DNA of 63,352 bases, counting the filler. It is 4 parts of 4 records of this genome, joined end to end, with 100 filler letters (N's around TTAATTAATTAA, not from the genome) between each part and the next. Parts side by side here need not be neighbours in the genome. Positions count along the whole stretch, not along the records: positions 1 to 16,182 come from SRR20825006_334; 3 more parts are not named here. The stretch is one strand, 5' to 3'. The translations under genes were made by a program, and so were the position numbers. This document shows positions 1-10,678 of this stretch, in pieces. Under the pieces are notes generated by a model, which was not told the origin of the DNA, did no database searches, and worked only from the letters and a program-made list of their open reading frames with translations. Numbering within the stretch: the stretch's first letter is position 1; each line of letters begins with the position of its first letter.

Positions 1-55
1 AATAAATGAACGCCCCGCGGCAGCGTCCCAACTTTAATTCAAAAACCAGTTCCGA

Positions 56-88
56 GAGATTGCCACGGCCCATGGGCCTCGCAATGAC
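56..88. repeat. REP/RPE-like palindromic element fragment
   Basis: GAGATTGCCAC-GGCCCATGGGCC-TCGCAATGAC contains a perfect 12-bp palindrome at 67-78. The CTCGCAATGAC end resembles GTCATTGCGAG-type palindromic elements. Only one copy is present in the window. Confidence 0.4.
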
Positions 89-129
89 GGCTTCAGGTTA
101 AAGGGAAGCCCTGAGCAGAGAAAAGAACC

Positions 130-2973
130 CTAACCGGTATTCCGCATCCCCGCCGAAATCGCACTTATCGTCCGTAGTAAAGGATCCAACCAGCGCTGGC
201 GTTCATGTTCTGACTCGGACGTATCCCGGTACCGCTGCAACAACAGAATCTGAATGTAATTAATCGGATCCAGGTAAGGTTCACGCCTACGCAGAGAACT
301 TTTCAGCGAGGGAAGTTCAGCCAGCAGATGATCCGCTTCAACCACCAGCAGGACCTGTTTGACGGTCTTGTGATATTCAGCCGCAATCAGTTCAAACACC
401 TGCTGTCCCTGAAAAGCATCCTCGCACAGGGCCGCGTAGCGGCGGGCGATATTCATATCGGCTTTCGCCAACGACATCTGGGTGTTACTGAGCAAGGCGC
501 GGAAAAATGGCCACTGCTTAACCATCTGGCGCAGAATCGCGATCTTATCCTCGTCACCCTGATGCCAGGCTTCCAGGGCGCTACCGATGCCGTACCAGGC
601 CGGCAGGGTATGTCGTGATTGTGCCCAGGAGAAAACCCAGCCAATAGCACGGACTGAAGACTTGGATCGGTCACCGGGTTTACGATGCGAGGGGCGCGAG
701 CCAATATTCATCATGCCGATTTCGGTGACCGGACAGACCTCATAGAAATAATCGAGGAAACCGGCGGTATCTTCGGTCAGTTTGCGATAGCTGCTTTCAC
801 CGGTTCTGGTGAGGTTCTGCATGATATCAAGATAGGCCGGTTCGACCTGGCCGATTTCAGTTACCAGACTGCGTGAGGCTTTCATCAGGCCAGATACGCC
901 CATACCTAATTCATAGGCAGCTGTTTCGACATTACCGTATTTGAACGACAAGACTTCACCCTGTTCGGTGAATTTAATCTGTCCGTGTACAGTGCCCATC
1001 GGCTGCGAAAGGATCGCATCATGTGTGGGGCCGCCGCCGCGACCGATTGTCCCGCCACGGCCATGGAACATGCGGCATTCCACTTCATGCTGCTGGGTCA
1101 GTCGGGAGATTTTCTTCTGCGCCTGGAACAGATTCCAGCCGGAAGCGAGAATACCGCCGTCCTTACAGGAATCCGAATAGCCCAGCATCACTTCCTGCAG
1201 ATTACCCGAGTCTGCCAGCAGACGCCGGTAAACCGGGTTTTCCAGCAGAGAAGACATGACCGGTTCGATATGGCCCAAGTCTTCAATGGTTTCAAATAAC
1301 GGCGCAACCCGTACCTGACAGAAACTGTCACCGTTGTCACCGACACCGCAGAGGCCGGCAAATCGCGCCAGCGTCAACACTTCCAGAATATGACTGGCCT
1401 GATGAGTCATCGAAATCACATAGCTGCCAAACGCTTTGCTGCTGACTTCGCTATGCAGTCGGTTCATCAATGTAAAGACATTGAGTACTTCCTGATTATC
1501 TGAATCCAATGTCGGCAGGTCCGGCAGACTGGGTTGAGACAACAAGTCAGTTAATAACTGCTGGCGGCCTGTTTCATCGAGTTGCAGATAATTCTGCTGC
1601 AGGCCGGTAGCTTGCAGTACCTCGGCCAGGGTTTCGCTGTGCCGGGTCGATTCCTGGCGGACATCAAGGTGGTAGAGATAGAAACCGAAGGTTTCGACCA
1701 GGCGAATTAAATCGTTAAGCTCCGCACCGGCCAGTTCCTTATCACCATTCTCGACCAGTGAGTCATAGATAAGTTTGAGATCGTCGAGCAATTCATCCTC
1801 ATTGGCATAGGCCAGTCCCAGCGCAGTAGGCTCCAGATCAGGACGAAAATATTGCTGTAACAGACGCAGGTTATCTTCCAGCCGATGGCGCATCATGTAG
1901 AGCTTGCGACGGTATGGCTCATTGAGAAAGCGATCCGGTTTGGCGCGGAAGGCACCGGCATAGCGTTTCTCCGATTCGGCGATATCCTCTGCCAGTGCAT
2001 CACTGATCCAGCAAAGCGGCTGTGAATGGGTCAGGATGTAGCTCAGCCGGGTCACATCTTCCAGATAACGACGAATCACAGTGCGTTTCTGCAGCTGGAT
2101 CGCCATTTCGGTGGTTTCGGCGGTGACAAAGGGATTCCCGTCGCGGTCACCCCCGATCCAGGAACCGAACTTCACAAACCCGGGGACTTTAAATTCCTGC
2201 CCTGCTTCGATCTCATCCTGATAAACCCGACGAATCGCATTTTCCAGATTGCGATAAGTGCGTGGTACGGCATCGAACAGGCTGACATTGAAGTAATACA
2301 AGCCGTTTTTGATTTCATCGCGGACGGTGGGTTTGACCGCCCGGACTTCATCAGTCGACCACAGCAACTGGATTTGTTTTTTGATTTCCTTGCGGGTGCG
2401 CTCTTCATCAAACGCGGTCAGCGGCTCATTGGTCAGTTGCTCATCCAGCAGGAAGATACGGCGCAGGATTTCCATCACCGTACGGCGCTTGGATTCGGTC
2501 GGATGCGCAGTAAACACCGGCATATACACCAGCGAATCCAGCAATGGCTGCAATTGTGCCAGTGATACCCCCGCCTGCTTGAACTGGCGCAATGTATCGA
2601 GATAGGAACCTTCCCACAGGTCGCCGCCGTTACGCAGTTGCGTCATCCGGTTGTGGTAATTGAAGGCTTCTTCAGCCGTGTTGACCAGACTGAAATACAT
2701 ACTGAAAGCACGAATGACTTCACGCAGCGTGGTCTCGTCAAGCGTATTCAGAAAGCTCAGCAGTTCGGTTCGCAGGCCTGCGTTGTCGTCCTTGCGTAGG
2801 TTAATAAAGCCTTTACGCAGTCGTTCGACGGTTTCGTATACTTCCCGCCCGGCGCGTTCATCCAGTACCTCGCCCAGAATATGGCCGAGAAAACGGACAT
2901 GCTGGCGCAGCTCTTTATCGCTGAGCAAAGACAAATTGTCGACTGTACTGAGTACAGGCTGATAGTCAGTCAT
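130..2973 (-). CDS. ppc: phosphoenolpyruvate carboxylase
   Basis: 947 aa with VFTAHPTE, WIGGDRDGNP, VMLGYSDSCKDGG, FHGRGGTIGRGGGP and C-terminal MRNTG. Confidence 0.97.
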   Translation of the reverse strand: MTDYQPVLSTVDNLSLLSDKELRQHVRFLGHILGEVLDERAGREVYETVERLRKGFINLRKDDNAGLRTELLSFLNTLDETTLREVIRAFSMYFSLVNTAEEAFNYHNRMTQLRNGGDLWEGSYLDTLRQFKQAGVSLAQLQPLLDSLVYMPVFTAHPTESKRRTVMEILRRIFLLDEQLTNEPLTAFDEERTRKEIKKQIQLLWSTDEVRAVKPTVRDEIKNGLYYFNVSLFDAVPRTYRNLENAIRRVYQDEIEAGQEFKVPGFVKFGSWIGGDRDGNPFVTAETTEMAIQLQKRTVIRRYLEDVTRLSYILTHSQPLCWISDALAEDIAESEKRYAGAFRAKPDRFLNEPYRRKLYMMRHRLEDNLRLLQQYFRPDLEPTALGLAYANEDELLDDLKLIYDSLVENGDKELAGAELNDLIRLVETFGFYLYHLDVRQESTRHSETLAEVLQATGLQQNYLQLDETGRQQLLTDLLSQPSLPDLPTLDSDNQEVLNVFTLMNRLHSEVSSKAFGSYVISMTHQASHILEVLTLARFAGLCGVGDNGDSFCQVRVAPLFETIEDLGHIEPVMSSLLENPVYRRLLADSGNLQEVMLGYSDSCKDGGILASGWNLFQAQKKISRLTQQHEVECRMFHGRGGTIGRGGGPTHDAILSQPMGTVHGQIKFTEQGEVLSFKYGNVETAAYELGMGVSGLMKASRSLVTEIGQVEPAYLDIMQNLTRTGESSYRKLTEDTAGFLDYFYEVCPVTEIGMMNIGSRPSHRKPGDRSKSSVRAIGWVFSWAQSRHTLPAWYGIGSALEAWHQGDEDKIAILRQMVKQWPFFRALLSNTQMSLAKADMNIARRYAALCEDAFQGQQVFELIAAEYHKTVKQVLLVVEADHLLAELPSLKSSLRRREPYLDPINYIQILLLQRYRDTSESEHERQRWLDPLLRTISAISAGMRNTG

Positions 2974-2976
2974 AGA

Positions 2977-4440
2977 TTACCGGTTAACAATATGGTGATA
3001 GAGATTGATATAGGCATTGGCGCTGTTTTCCCAGCTGAAGTCGTGCTGCATTGCAACGAGCATCATGCTGCGCCATATCCGCGGCCTGGCGAACAATGCG
3101 ACAGCTCGCAGCAGGGCTTGTTCCAGCGCCTTGACCGAGGCCTCATCAAAACAGAAGCCATTGGCTATACCAGCTTTGCGGTTTTCTTCGCTGGCGTCAA
3201 CCACGGTATCCGCAAGGCCGCCGGTATTGCGAACTATCGGCAGCGTGCCGTAGCGTAGACTATACATCTGATTGAGCCCGCAGGGTTCAAACCGGGAGGG
3301 CATCATAAACACATCGGCACCGGCCTCAATCTGATGCGACAAGGCCTCGTCATAGCCAATTGTCACCGCTACCCGATCCGGGTACTTCGCCCGCAACACA
3401 CGTAAATCCTGCTCAAACTGGGCTTCACCACTACCCAGACAGACCAGTTGCACATCATGACCGACTTCCAGCACACGCGCCATGGCTTCAATCGCCAGGT
3501 CAATGCCTTTCTGCGACACCAGCCGGCTGATAAGGCCGATGAGCAGGCTGTCTTTGTTGTCGGGCAGGAAACACTGTTTCTGTAACGCGGCCTTGTTGGC
3601 GGCTTTATTACGGATCCGGCTCAGCGAATAGGGCTTGCTGATAAAGGGATCGGTTTCTGGATTCCAGATATGGTAATCAATACCGTTAAGAATCCCGCTC
3701 AATCTCCCCTGCTGCCGCCGGTAAGCCAGCAAGCCTTCAAGCCCGTAACCGAATTCATAAGTGCAGATTTCATCGGCATAGGTCGGGCTGACGGTCGTGA
3801 TCTGATCGGCAAAAATCAGCCCGCCTTTCATAAACGACAACAGGCCGTAAAATTCCAGACCTTCCATTTGCCAGAGCGTGTCGGGTAAATCCAATGCCTG
3901 GAACGCGTCAGCGGGAAACAGCCCCTGATAAGCCAGATTATGGATGGTGAAAACGGTTTCAGGACGGTTTTTTCTAGCCGCTATCAAGGCTGGCGCAAGC
4001 CCGGTCTGCCAGTCGTTGCAGTGCAGGATATCAGGCTGCCAGCCGAGGCCGGCTTCATTCATCGCAATCGCAGCAGCGGCTCGTGACAACAGCGCAAAAC
4101 GCGCCGCATTGTCATGCCAGTCGCTGCCGTCGGGATGACTGTAGGGGCCGCCATCGCGATCAAAGTGATACGGCGAGTGCAACAACCATAAGAGCACATC
4201 GCTGTCCGGCAGCGTGGTCTGCAGAATATCGACAGGCAGATGATAGCCGTCGAGCTTGATTGAAGCGACCTTTTCCATTTGCTCCAGTTGCTTTAAACAC
4301 TGACGGTAGGCCGGCATGATAATGCGCACATCCTGACCGTGTTCACGCAGTGCAATCGGCAGACTGGCAGACACATCAGCCAGGCCTCCCGTCTTCATCA
4401 GCGGGTGCACTTCACTGCTGGCAAATAGAATTTTTCGCAC
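2977..4440 (-). CDS. glgA: glycogen synthase (GT5)
   Basis: [26 protein letters not shown] and [11 protein letters not shown] motifs. Start moved from the ORF-track 4464 to the GTG at 4440, which has GGAG 6 nt upstream. Confidence 0.96.
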   Translation of the reverse strand: MRKILFASSEVHPLMKTGGLADVSASLPIALREHGQDVRIIMPAYRQCLKQLEQMEKVASIKLDGYHLPVDILQTTLPDSDVLLWLLHSPYHFDRDGGPYSHPDGSDWHDNAARFALLSRAAAAIAMNEAGLGWQPDILHCNDWQTGLAPALIAARKNRPETVFTIHNLAYQGLFPADAFQALDLPDTLWQMEGLEFYGLLSFMKGGLIFADQITTVSPTYADEICTYEFGYGLEGLLAYRRQQGRLSGILNGIDYHIWNPETDPFISKPYSLSRIRNKAANKAALQKQCFLPDNKDSLLIGLISRLVSQKGIDLAIEAMARVLEVGHDVQLVCLGSGEAQFEQDLRVLRAKYPDRVAVTIGYDEALSHQIEAGADVFMMPSRFEPCGLNQMYSLRYGTLPIVRNTGGLADTVVDASEENRKAGIANGFCFDEASVKALEQALLRAVALFARPRIWRSMMLVAMQHDFSWENSANAYINLYHHIVNR

Positions 4441-4519
4441 GCAAATCTCCCAAAAATTGTACAATTCTGCAAATTATATACGGTCAAAGGCTGAGTTATA
4501 GCCTGCAACGGGAGAAATC

Positions 4520-5986
4520 ATGCAATCTTGTACAATTGTTATTTTTGGCGCCACCGGCGACTTATCGAAGAAAAAATTGTTACCGGCTCTGTATCACCTC
4601 GATGCAGAAAACAGGCTAACCGATGATACCCGCATTATCTGCATGGGTCGTCGTGAAGCGGCACAGGACGAGTGGAAACAACAAGTTACCGAGTTTGTCT
4701 CTCCCAAAGCACGTGGCGGTGTCGATAACGACCTTCTCAACAAGTTTCTGGATCGCGTTCACTACTTCAAATGCGATATCAATGATGCTTTCAGTTACCA
4801 CGAGCTGAAAAAGCTGATTACCGAAGAAAACGGTTTCCCACAAAACATCGTGTTCTATCTTTCAATCAGCCCGGCGCTGTTCGGTGTGGTGGGTGATCAA
4901 CTGGCCGCCGTCGGCATGAACAAAGAAGACGATGGCTGGCGCCATCTGGTGGTCGAAAAACCCTTCGGTTTCGACCAGAAAAGTGCTGAAGAACTGGAAA
5001 CAGTGCTGCGTAAGAACTTTACCGAAGAACAGACTTACCGCATTGATCACTACCTGGGTAAAGGCACCGTTCAGAATATTTTTGTATTCCGCTTTGCCAA
5101 TCTGCTGCTGGAACCTCTGTGGAACCGCAACTACATCGATCATGTTCAAATCACCCATGCTGAAGAACAGGGCGTAGGCGGTCGTGCCGGTTACTACAAT
5201 GATTCCGGGGCGCTGCGTGACATGATCCAGAGTCACCTGATGCAGGTCATGGCGCTGGTAGCGATGGAACCGCCCGCCGATCTTGATGATGAATCTCTGC
5301 GCGATGAGAAAGTCAAAGTGCTGAAGGCGATTCGTCCGATTACCGAAGATATCGTCGATCAGCATGCTTTCCGTGGTCAGTACGCCGCCGGTGAAGTCAA
5401 CGGCAAACCGGAACCCGGTTACCTGGAAGATGAAGAAGTCCCGAATGACAGTGTCACCGAAACCTATGCAGCGATGAAGGTTTACATCGACAACTGGCGC
5501 TGGCGTGGTGTGCCGTTCTATCTGCGCACAGGTAAATGCATGCCGGAATCAAAAGCGATGATCGCTATTCGCTTTAAAAAGCCGCCGCAGGAACTGTTCA
5601 AAGACACCAAGATTGGTGACAGCCATGCCAACTGGATCGTGATGGGGCTGCAACCGGACAATACCCTGCGTATTGAGCTGCAGGCCAAGCAACCGGGGCT
5701 GGAACTCAAGAGCCATACTGTTGCACTGGAAACGGTTGAATCGGATGAGAATAAGCACCGCCTGGATGCCTATGAAGCACTGATTCTGGATGCGATTCAG
5801 GGTGACCGTTCCCTGTTCCTGCGCTCGGATGAAGTCAATCTGGCCTGGAAAGTGGTTGACCCGGTTCTCAACAAATGGGCTAAGGATAAAGACTTTATCC
5901 ATACTTACCCTGCCGGTACCTGGGGACCGGAAGAAGTCAGCCGTATTCAGGATGACTCCTGTCACCTCTGGCGCAATAACGTCTGA
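4520..5986 (+). CDS. zwf: glucose-6-phosphate 1-dehydrogenase
   Basis: [20 protein letters not shown] and [13 protein letters not shown] motifs; GGAG RBS upstream. Confidence 0.97.
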   Translation: MQSCTIVIFGATGDLSKKKLLPALYHLDAENRLTDDTRIICMGRREAAQDEWKQQVTEFVSPKARGGVDNDLLNKFLDRVHYFKCDINDAFSYHELKKLITEENGFPQNIVFYLSISPALFGVVGDQLAAVGMNKEDDGWRHLVVEKPFGFDQKSAEELETVLRKNFTEEQTYRIDHYLGKGTVQNIFVFRFANLLLEPLWNRNYIDHVQITHAEEQGVGGRAGYYNDSGALRDMIQSHLMQVMALVAMEPPADLDDESLRDEKVKVLKAIRPITEDIVDQHAFRGQYAAGEVNGKPEPGYLEDEEVPNDSVTETYAAMKVYIDNWRWRGVPFYLRTGKCMPESKAMIAIRFKKPPQELFKDTKIGDSHANWIVMGLQPDNTLRIELQAKQPGLELKSHTVALETVESDENKHRLDAYEALILDAIQGDRSLFLRSDEVNLAWKVVDPVLNKWAKDKDFIHTYPAGTWGPEEVSRIQDDSCHLWRNNV

Positions 5987-6002
5987 GTTCAGACTCAATA
6001 GT

Positions 6003-6031
6003 AAAAAAGCCGGCTTAATGCCGGCTTTTTT
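6003..6031. terminator. bidirectional intrinsic terminator
   Basis: AAAAAAGCCGGC-TTAAT-GCCGGCTTTTTT lies between the convergent zwf and P-type ATPase genes. Confidence 0.9.
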
Positions 6032-8741
6032 ATGCGCGTTGTTTTCGTCTTATCAGCATTTTTTCCAGCTCCACCAGCCATAAAATCACTGACGCCACCA
6101 GCACGATCTGCAGCCAGCTCTGGGCACCTATCGCCGCGCTGCCGAACAGGAAATGCATCGGCGGCAGATAAGTAAAGCCCAACTGAAAAATCAATAAGAC
6201 TCCCACCGCGAGCAAGGCAATGTGATTGCCAAACAATCCATTTTTGTTCAGTACCGGTGCAGTCAGAAAGCGCGTGTTAAACAGATAGAACACCTCAAAC
6301 ATCACCAATGTATTCACCGCGACCGTCCGCGCCGCTTCCAGGCTGTGACCGGACTCTAAATGCGTCATAAACAGCGCAAAACTGCCCAGCATCATCACCA
6401 CGGAGACAAAGGCAATACGACGAATCAAATCCATCGTCAGCAACGGTGTCTGCCTGGCTCGCGGCCGACGTGCCATCAACCCGGGCTCAGATGGCTCAAA
6501 AGCCAGTGCCAGCCCCAGCGTGACCGCGGTAATCATGTTGACCCAGAGGATCTGCACCGGTGTAATCGGCAACATCACTCCCATCATAATCGCGGCAATA
6601 ATAATCAAGGCTTCGCCGGCACTGGTGGGCAGAATGAACAGAATCGCCTTGGTCAGATTATCGTAAACCGTGCGCCCTTCCTCCACTGCATCGACGATGG
6701 AAGCAAAGTTATCATCGGCCAGCACCATATCTGAGGCATCACGGGCCACTTCGGTCCCGTTCAGGCCCATGGCGGTGCCAATATCAGCCCGCTTCAATGC
6801 CGGCGCGTCATTGACGCCATCGCCGGTCATCGCCACCACCTCCCCATTTTGCTGAAGGGCTTTAACCAGTTTCAGTTTATGTTCGGGGGTAGCCCTGGCA
6901 AACACCGACTTTTCTTTAACAACCCGGCACAAAGCCGACGCGTCCAGTTGTTCAATGTCATTACCACTGATAACCGCCGAGGCCATGCCCATTCTTTCAG
7001 CGATGGCCGCTGCCGTATCACTGTGATCGCCGGTAATCATTTTTATCTCAATGCCAGCATCCTGACATAGTTTTACGGCCTCAATCGCATCTTCCCGCGG
7101 CGGGTCCATCATCGCCACCAGTCCCAGCAACGTCAGTCCCTGCTGCACATCCTCAAAATCGAGCTCATTTTTTTGCCCCTCAAAATCCAGACTTGCCAGA
7201 GCCAGCACGCGCTGCCCTTTGGAAGCCAGCTCCTTGACCTGCTGCTGCCAATAGGCCAAATCCAGTGTCTCTCCATCGGACTGATAGCGGCACATTGCCA
7301 GCACACGTTCGGGAGCGCCCTTGAGATAGCAAAAATGCCGCCCCTGATGGTCGTGATGCAGCGTCGCCATAAACTGATGCACCGACTCGAAAGGAATGAT
7401 ATCCAGTCTGGGCCGGGATTCTTCTTCATAGAGGCTTTCAAACTCGGCTTTGGCGGCGAGACTCAGCAGCGCGCCTTCCGTCGGATCACCTTCGCATTGC
7501 CAGCGATCATCCTTGTGCAACAGACGCGCATCGTTACACAAAAGACCGGCTCTAATGAGCTGCTGCAGCTCAGGACATGATTCGGCATCTACCGTTTTAT
7601 CACCCTGCCTGATATCACCATGCGGATCATAGCCGCTGCCAGTCAGCTGATAACCCTGTCCTTTGCCTGTCAGCATCTCGGTGACGGTCATCTCATTACG
7701 GGTCAGGGTGCCGGTTTTATCGGTGCAGATAACCGTGACTGAGCCCAGCGTTTCCACCGCCGGCAGACTGCGGATAATGGCTTTTCTGGTCGCCATTTTC
7801 TGTACGCCGATAGCGAGTGTGATGGTCATAATCGCCGGCAGCCCTTCCGGAATCGCTGCCACCGCGACACTGACCGCTGCCATAAACATACTGCTAAGGG
7901 AATACTGATGAGCCAGTATGCCGACCACCATGGTCAGCGCGGCAATCAGGACAATCATGAGGCTGAGTTGGCGGCTGAATAAGGCGATTTGTTTTAACAG
8001 CGGCGTGGAGATTTCCTGCACTTCTGACAGCAGGCTACTGATTCTGCCCAATTCGGTATCGGCACCGGTTGCGATCACGACCCCGGTCGCCTGACCGAAA
8101 GTCAGCAGCGTGCCCGAGTAAAGAATGCATTGACGATCAGCGAGCTGAGTGGCTGGGTCGACGGCATCGGCACTTTTATCCACCGGCATCGATTCACCGG
8201 TCAGTACCGCTTCCTGCAGTTGCAGATTTTTTGCCTTTATCAGCCTGCAATCAGCCGGCACCTTATCACCGGCCTGCAAAAACACGATATCACCGGGCAC
8301 CAGATTGTCAGCACTGAGCGTGATTTTGCTGCCATCGCGTTTGACCACGGCACTGGCGGTAAGCATCCGCCCCAGGGCGGCAATGGCATCCTCCGCCTTG
8401 CCCTCCTGCACCACACCGATAAGGGCATTGATAAGAATGACGGCCGTGATAACGCTGCCATCCACCCAGTGTCCCAGCAGGAAGACAATAACGGCGGCAA
8501 CAATCAGGACATAGATTAAAACGTTATTGCATTGCGACAGAAAACGCTGCCAGAGACCGCGCCGGGCTCCTTCCGGAAGCCGGTTAGGACCATACTTTGA
8601 CAGGCGCTCACTGGCCTGTTCACCGGACAGCCCCTGTTCGCTGCTGTCAAGACGCTCAAAAACCTCAGCCACATCCGCTGCATGCCAGGCTATCTGTCTG
8701 GGGGAAGTCGCACCGGAATGGGATGTGTGAGGAGTCGGCAT
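6030..8741 (-). CDS. cation-transporting P-type ATPase (P2A-like)
   Basis: TGES, IPEGLP, phosphorylation motif DKTGTLT, KGAPE, TGDH and [11 protein letters not shown], plus multiple TM segments. Confidence 0.93.
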   Translation of the reverse strand: MPTPHTSHSGATSPRQIAWHAADVAEVFERLDSSEQGLSGEQASERLSKYGPNRLPEGARRGLWQRFLSQCNNVLIYVLIVAAVIVFLLGHWVDGSVITAVILINALIGVVQEGKAEDAIAALGRMLTASAVVKRDGSKITLSADNLVPGDIVFLQAGDKVPADCRLIKAKNLQLQEAVLTGESMPVDKSADAVDPATQLADRQCILYSGTLLTFGQATGVVIATGADTELGRISSLLSEVQEISTPLLKQIALFSRQLSLMIVLIAALTMVVGILAHQYSLSSMFMAAVSVAVAAIPEGLPAIMTITLAIGVQKMATRKAIIRSLPAVETLGSVTVICTDKTGTLTRNEMTVTEMLTGKGQGYQLTGSGYDPHGDIRQGDKTVDAESCPELQQLIRAGLLCNDARLLHKDDRWQCEGDPTEGALLSLAAKAEFESLYEEESRPRLDIIPFESVHQFMATLHHDHQGRHFCYLKGAPERVLAMCRYQSDGETLDLAYWQQQVKELASKGQRVLALASLDFEGQKNELDFEDVQQGLTLLGLVAMMDPPREDAIEAVKLCQDAGIEIKMITGDHSDTAAAIAERMGMASAVISGNDIEQLDASALCRVVKEKSVFARATPEHKLKLVKALQQNGEVVAMTGDGVNDAPALKRADIGTAMGLNGTEVARDASDMVLADDNFASIVDAVEEGRTVYDNLTKAILFILPTSAGEALIIIAAIMMGVMLPITPVQILWVNMITAVTLGLALAFEPSEPGLMARRPRARQTPLLTMDLIRRIAFVSVVMMLGSFALFMTHLESGHSLEAARTVAVNTLVMFEVFYLFNTRFLTAPVLNKNGLFGNHIALLAVGVLLIFQLGFTYLPPMHFLFGSAAIGAQSWLQIVLVASVILWLVELEKMLIRRKQRA

Positions 8742-8742
8742 A

Positions 8743-9627
8743 TTAATTCATGGCTTGTCCGAGTTTGATAACATCACCCGCCTGCCAGTCAGGTCGGAAT
8801 GTATTCATACCAGGTGGCAGCAGTAAAATCACCGTTGACCCCATATTGAAACGTCCCATTTCCATCCCTTTGGTCAGACGAACAGCCTGTTCACCAGCAT
8901 AACGCCATTCACGTACAGCGTCACCATAGGCCGGGGTAATCTGACCGGCCCAGACCGTTTCCATGCTGCCGACAAAAATCGCGCCTACCAGCACCTGGAC
9001 CACCGGGCCCAGATCCGTTTCAAATACCGTCACTACACGCTCATTACGGGCAAAAAGGCGCGGGACGGCTCTCGCGGTTCGCGGATTGACCGAGAACAGC
9101 TTACCGGGCACATAGCGCATAAGGGTCAGGTTGCCAGTCAGCGGCATATGAATACGGTGGTAATCCCGGGGCGACAGATAGATAGTCGCAAACTGCCCAT
9201 GATTGAACTGGCTGGCCAGTGCTTTATCGCCACCGACGAGTTCTTCCACTGTATATTCGCGCCCCTTGGCCTGGATTATGCGGCCGTCAGCAATCGGACC
9301 GAGTTGACTGATAGCGCCATCAACCGGTGATACCACCACCTCATCGCCCTCGGCGATGGGGCGAATCCCGGTCCGCAACGGCCGGGTGAAAAAAGCATTA
9401 AAACTGCGATAGTCCTGCAGGTGAGGCGATGCCGCTTCATCAAGATCGACTTTGAACCACCAGCAAATAAACCGGATAAATGCGTTTTTGAACCAGCCTA
9501 CCTGACTCTGGGTCAGACGATGCATCATCACTGACAGCGTATGCTGCGGCAATAAATACTGAGGGACAGTGAGCACACGATCCAGCCAATTGCAGCCCCG
9601 TTGAATTTTGTTCGGTCTGTCAGCCAC
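8743..9627 (-). CDS. psd: phosphatidylserine decarboxylase proenzyme
   Basis: SFNAFFTR, SPVDG, YLSPRDYHRIH, ARNER and the self-cleavage motif GRFNMGSTV. Confidence 0.95.
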   Translation of the reverse strand: MADRPNKIQRGCNWLDRVLTVPQYLLPQHTLSVMMHRLTQSQVGWFKNAFIRFICWWFKVDLDEAASPHLQDYRSFNAFFTRPLRTGIRPIAEGDEVVVSPVDGAISQLGPIADGRIIQAKGREYTVEELVGGDKALASQFNHGQFATIYLSPRDYHRIHMPLTGNLTLMRYVPGKLFSVNPRTARAVPRLFARNERVVTVFETDLGPVVQVLVGAIFVGSMETVWAGQITPAYGDAVREWRYAGEQAVRLTKGMEMGRFNMGSTVILLLPPGMNTFRPDWQAGDVIKLGQAMN

Positions 9628-9714
9628 GCGCTGTCCCCTTTAACCTGTCGTGCAAGCTTGTCATAATCAACAACATTATTTTCATCAATTCCAAAAGCGG
9701 GAGTATAGCAAGCA

Positions 9715-10125
9715 ATGATTCAGCCCCTCATCTCAATCTGCCTCGCCCTGTGTCTGATGCTGTCATTGCCGCTGCAGGCAGCCGAATCTGCCGACGCTGC
9801 CGCTTCACCCTATTTCGCGATTGAGGATCCATTCACCATCAACTTCCTCAAACAAAGTGAAGAAAAGATGCGTTATCTGCAAATCAAGGTGGCTTTGAAA
9901 TCAGATGACCCCGAAATTATTCAGAGTGCGCAAACCCATCTGCCGATGATTCAGGATTCCCTGCGCCTGCTGTTTACCGATCAGAGTTACGCCACCATCA
10001 CTTCTGTTGCCGGTAGAGAGCTGTTACAACAACAGGCACTGGAACGGATTCGCGGCCTGTTGGCTGAGGAAACCGGTAATGATGGCCTGGAGCAGGTTTT
10101 CTTTACCCGCTTCATCCTGCAATAA
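9715..10125 (+). CDS. fliL: FliL-family protein (short paralogue with a signal-peptide-like N-terminus)
   Basis: PFTINF...RYLQIKVAL...HLPMIQD...VFFTRFILQ aligns by eye with the adjacent FliL. The N-terminus is hydrophobic and ends LQA-AE. Confidence 0.8.
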   Translation: MIQPLISICLALCLMLSLPLQAAESADAAASPYFAIEDPFTINFLKQSEEKMRYLQIKVALKSDDPEIIQSAQTHLPMIQDSLRLLFTDQSYATITSVAGRELLQQQALERIRGLLAEETGNDGLEQVFFTRFILQ

Positions 10126-10141
10126 CGGCACACTCTTTGCT
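10126..10141 (+). promoter_or_regulatory. sigma54 (-24/-12) promoter of the fliLMNOPQR-flhB operon
   Basis: CGGCAC-ACTCT-TTGCT has exact GG-N10-GC spacing and sits 34 nt upstream of the fliL ATG. Confidence 0.8.
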
Positions 10142-10175
10142 AATTTAAAACAAACCTTAATAACGGAAGGCGTTC

Positions 10176-10676
10176 ATGGCTGAAAAACAAGACGATATCG
10201 ACGTCGCTGAAGAAAAAAACAGTAAAACCACCAAAATTCTGGTGATTGTGATTGCAGTTCTGTTGCTGGCGGTTATTGGTTTTGGCGTATTTATGCTGAC
10301 AGGCAATGGTGAAAACGATCCTGCTGATCTGACTGAGCCGGTGAAACAGGCACCTGTTTACTACACGATCGAAGAGCCGTTTATTGTTAATTTTTCAGAA
10401 CAAAGCGGCGGCCAGGTACGATATATGCAGGTCAAAATGAAAGTGATGGCGCGAAGCCAGGCGGTCATTGATGCGGTTAAGACCCACCTGCCTGCTATCC
10501 AGCACGAATTGCTGATGCTGCTCTACAGTCAAAATTATGACGGTTTGCTGACCAGCGAGGGTACCCAAGCATTGCAACAGGCCTGCCTGGAAACAATTAA
10601 CCGGATTCTGAAATCCGAAACATCTCTGGAGAATGAGTTGGAAGCAGTGTATTTCACCAGCTTCCTCATGCAATAA
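10176..10676 (+). CDS. fliL: flagellar basal body-associated protein FliL
   Basis: Short charged N-terminus, single TM, PFIVNF, RYMQV and C-terminal VYFTSFLMQ; directly upstream of fliM. Confidence 0.92.
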   Translation: MAEKQDDIDVAEEKNSKTTKILVIVIAVLLLAVIGFGVFMLTGNGENDPADLTEPVKQAPVYYTIEEPFIVNFSEQSGGQVRYMQVKMKVMARSQAVIDAVKTHLPAIQHELLMLLYSQNYDGLLTSEGTQALQQACLETINRILKSETSLENELEAVYFTSFLMQ

Positions 10677-10678
10677 CC

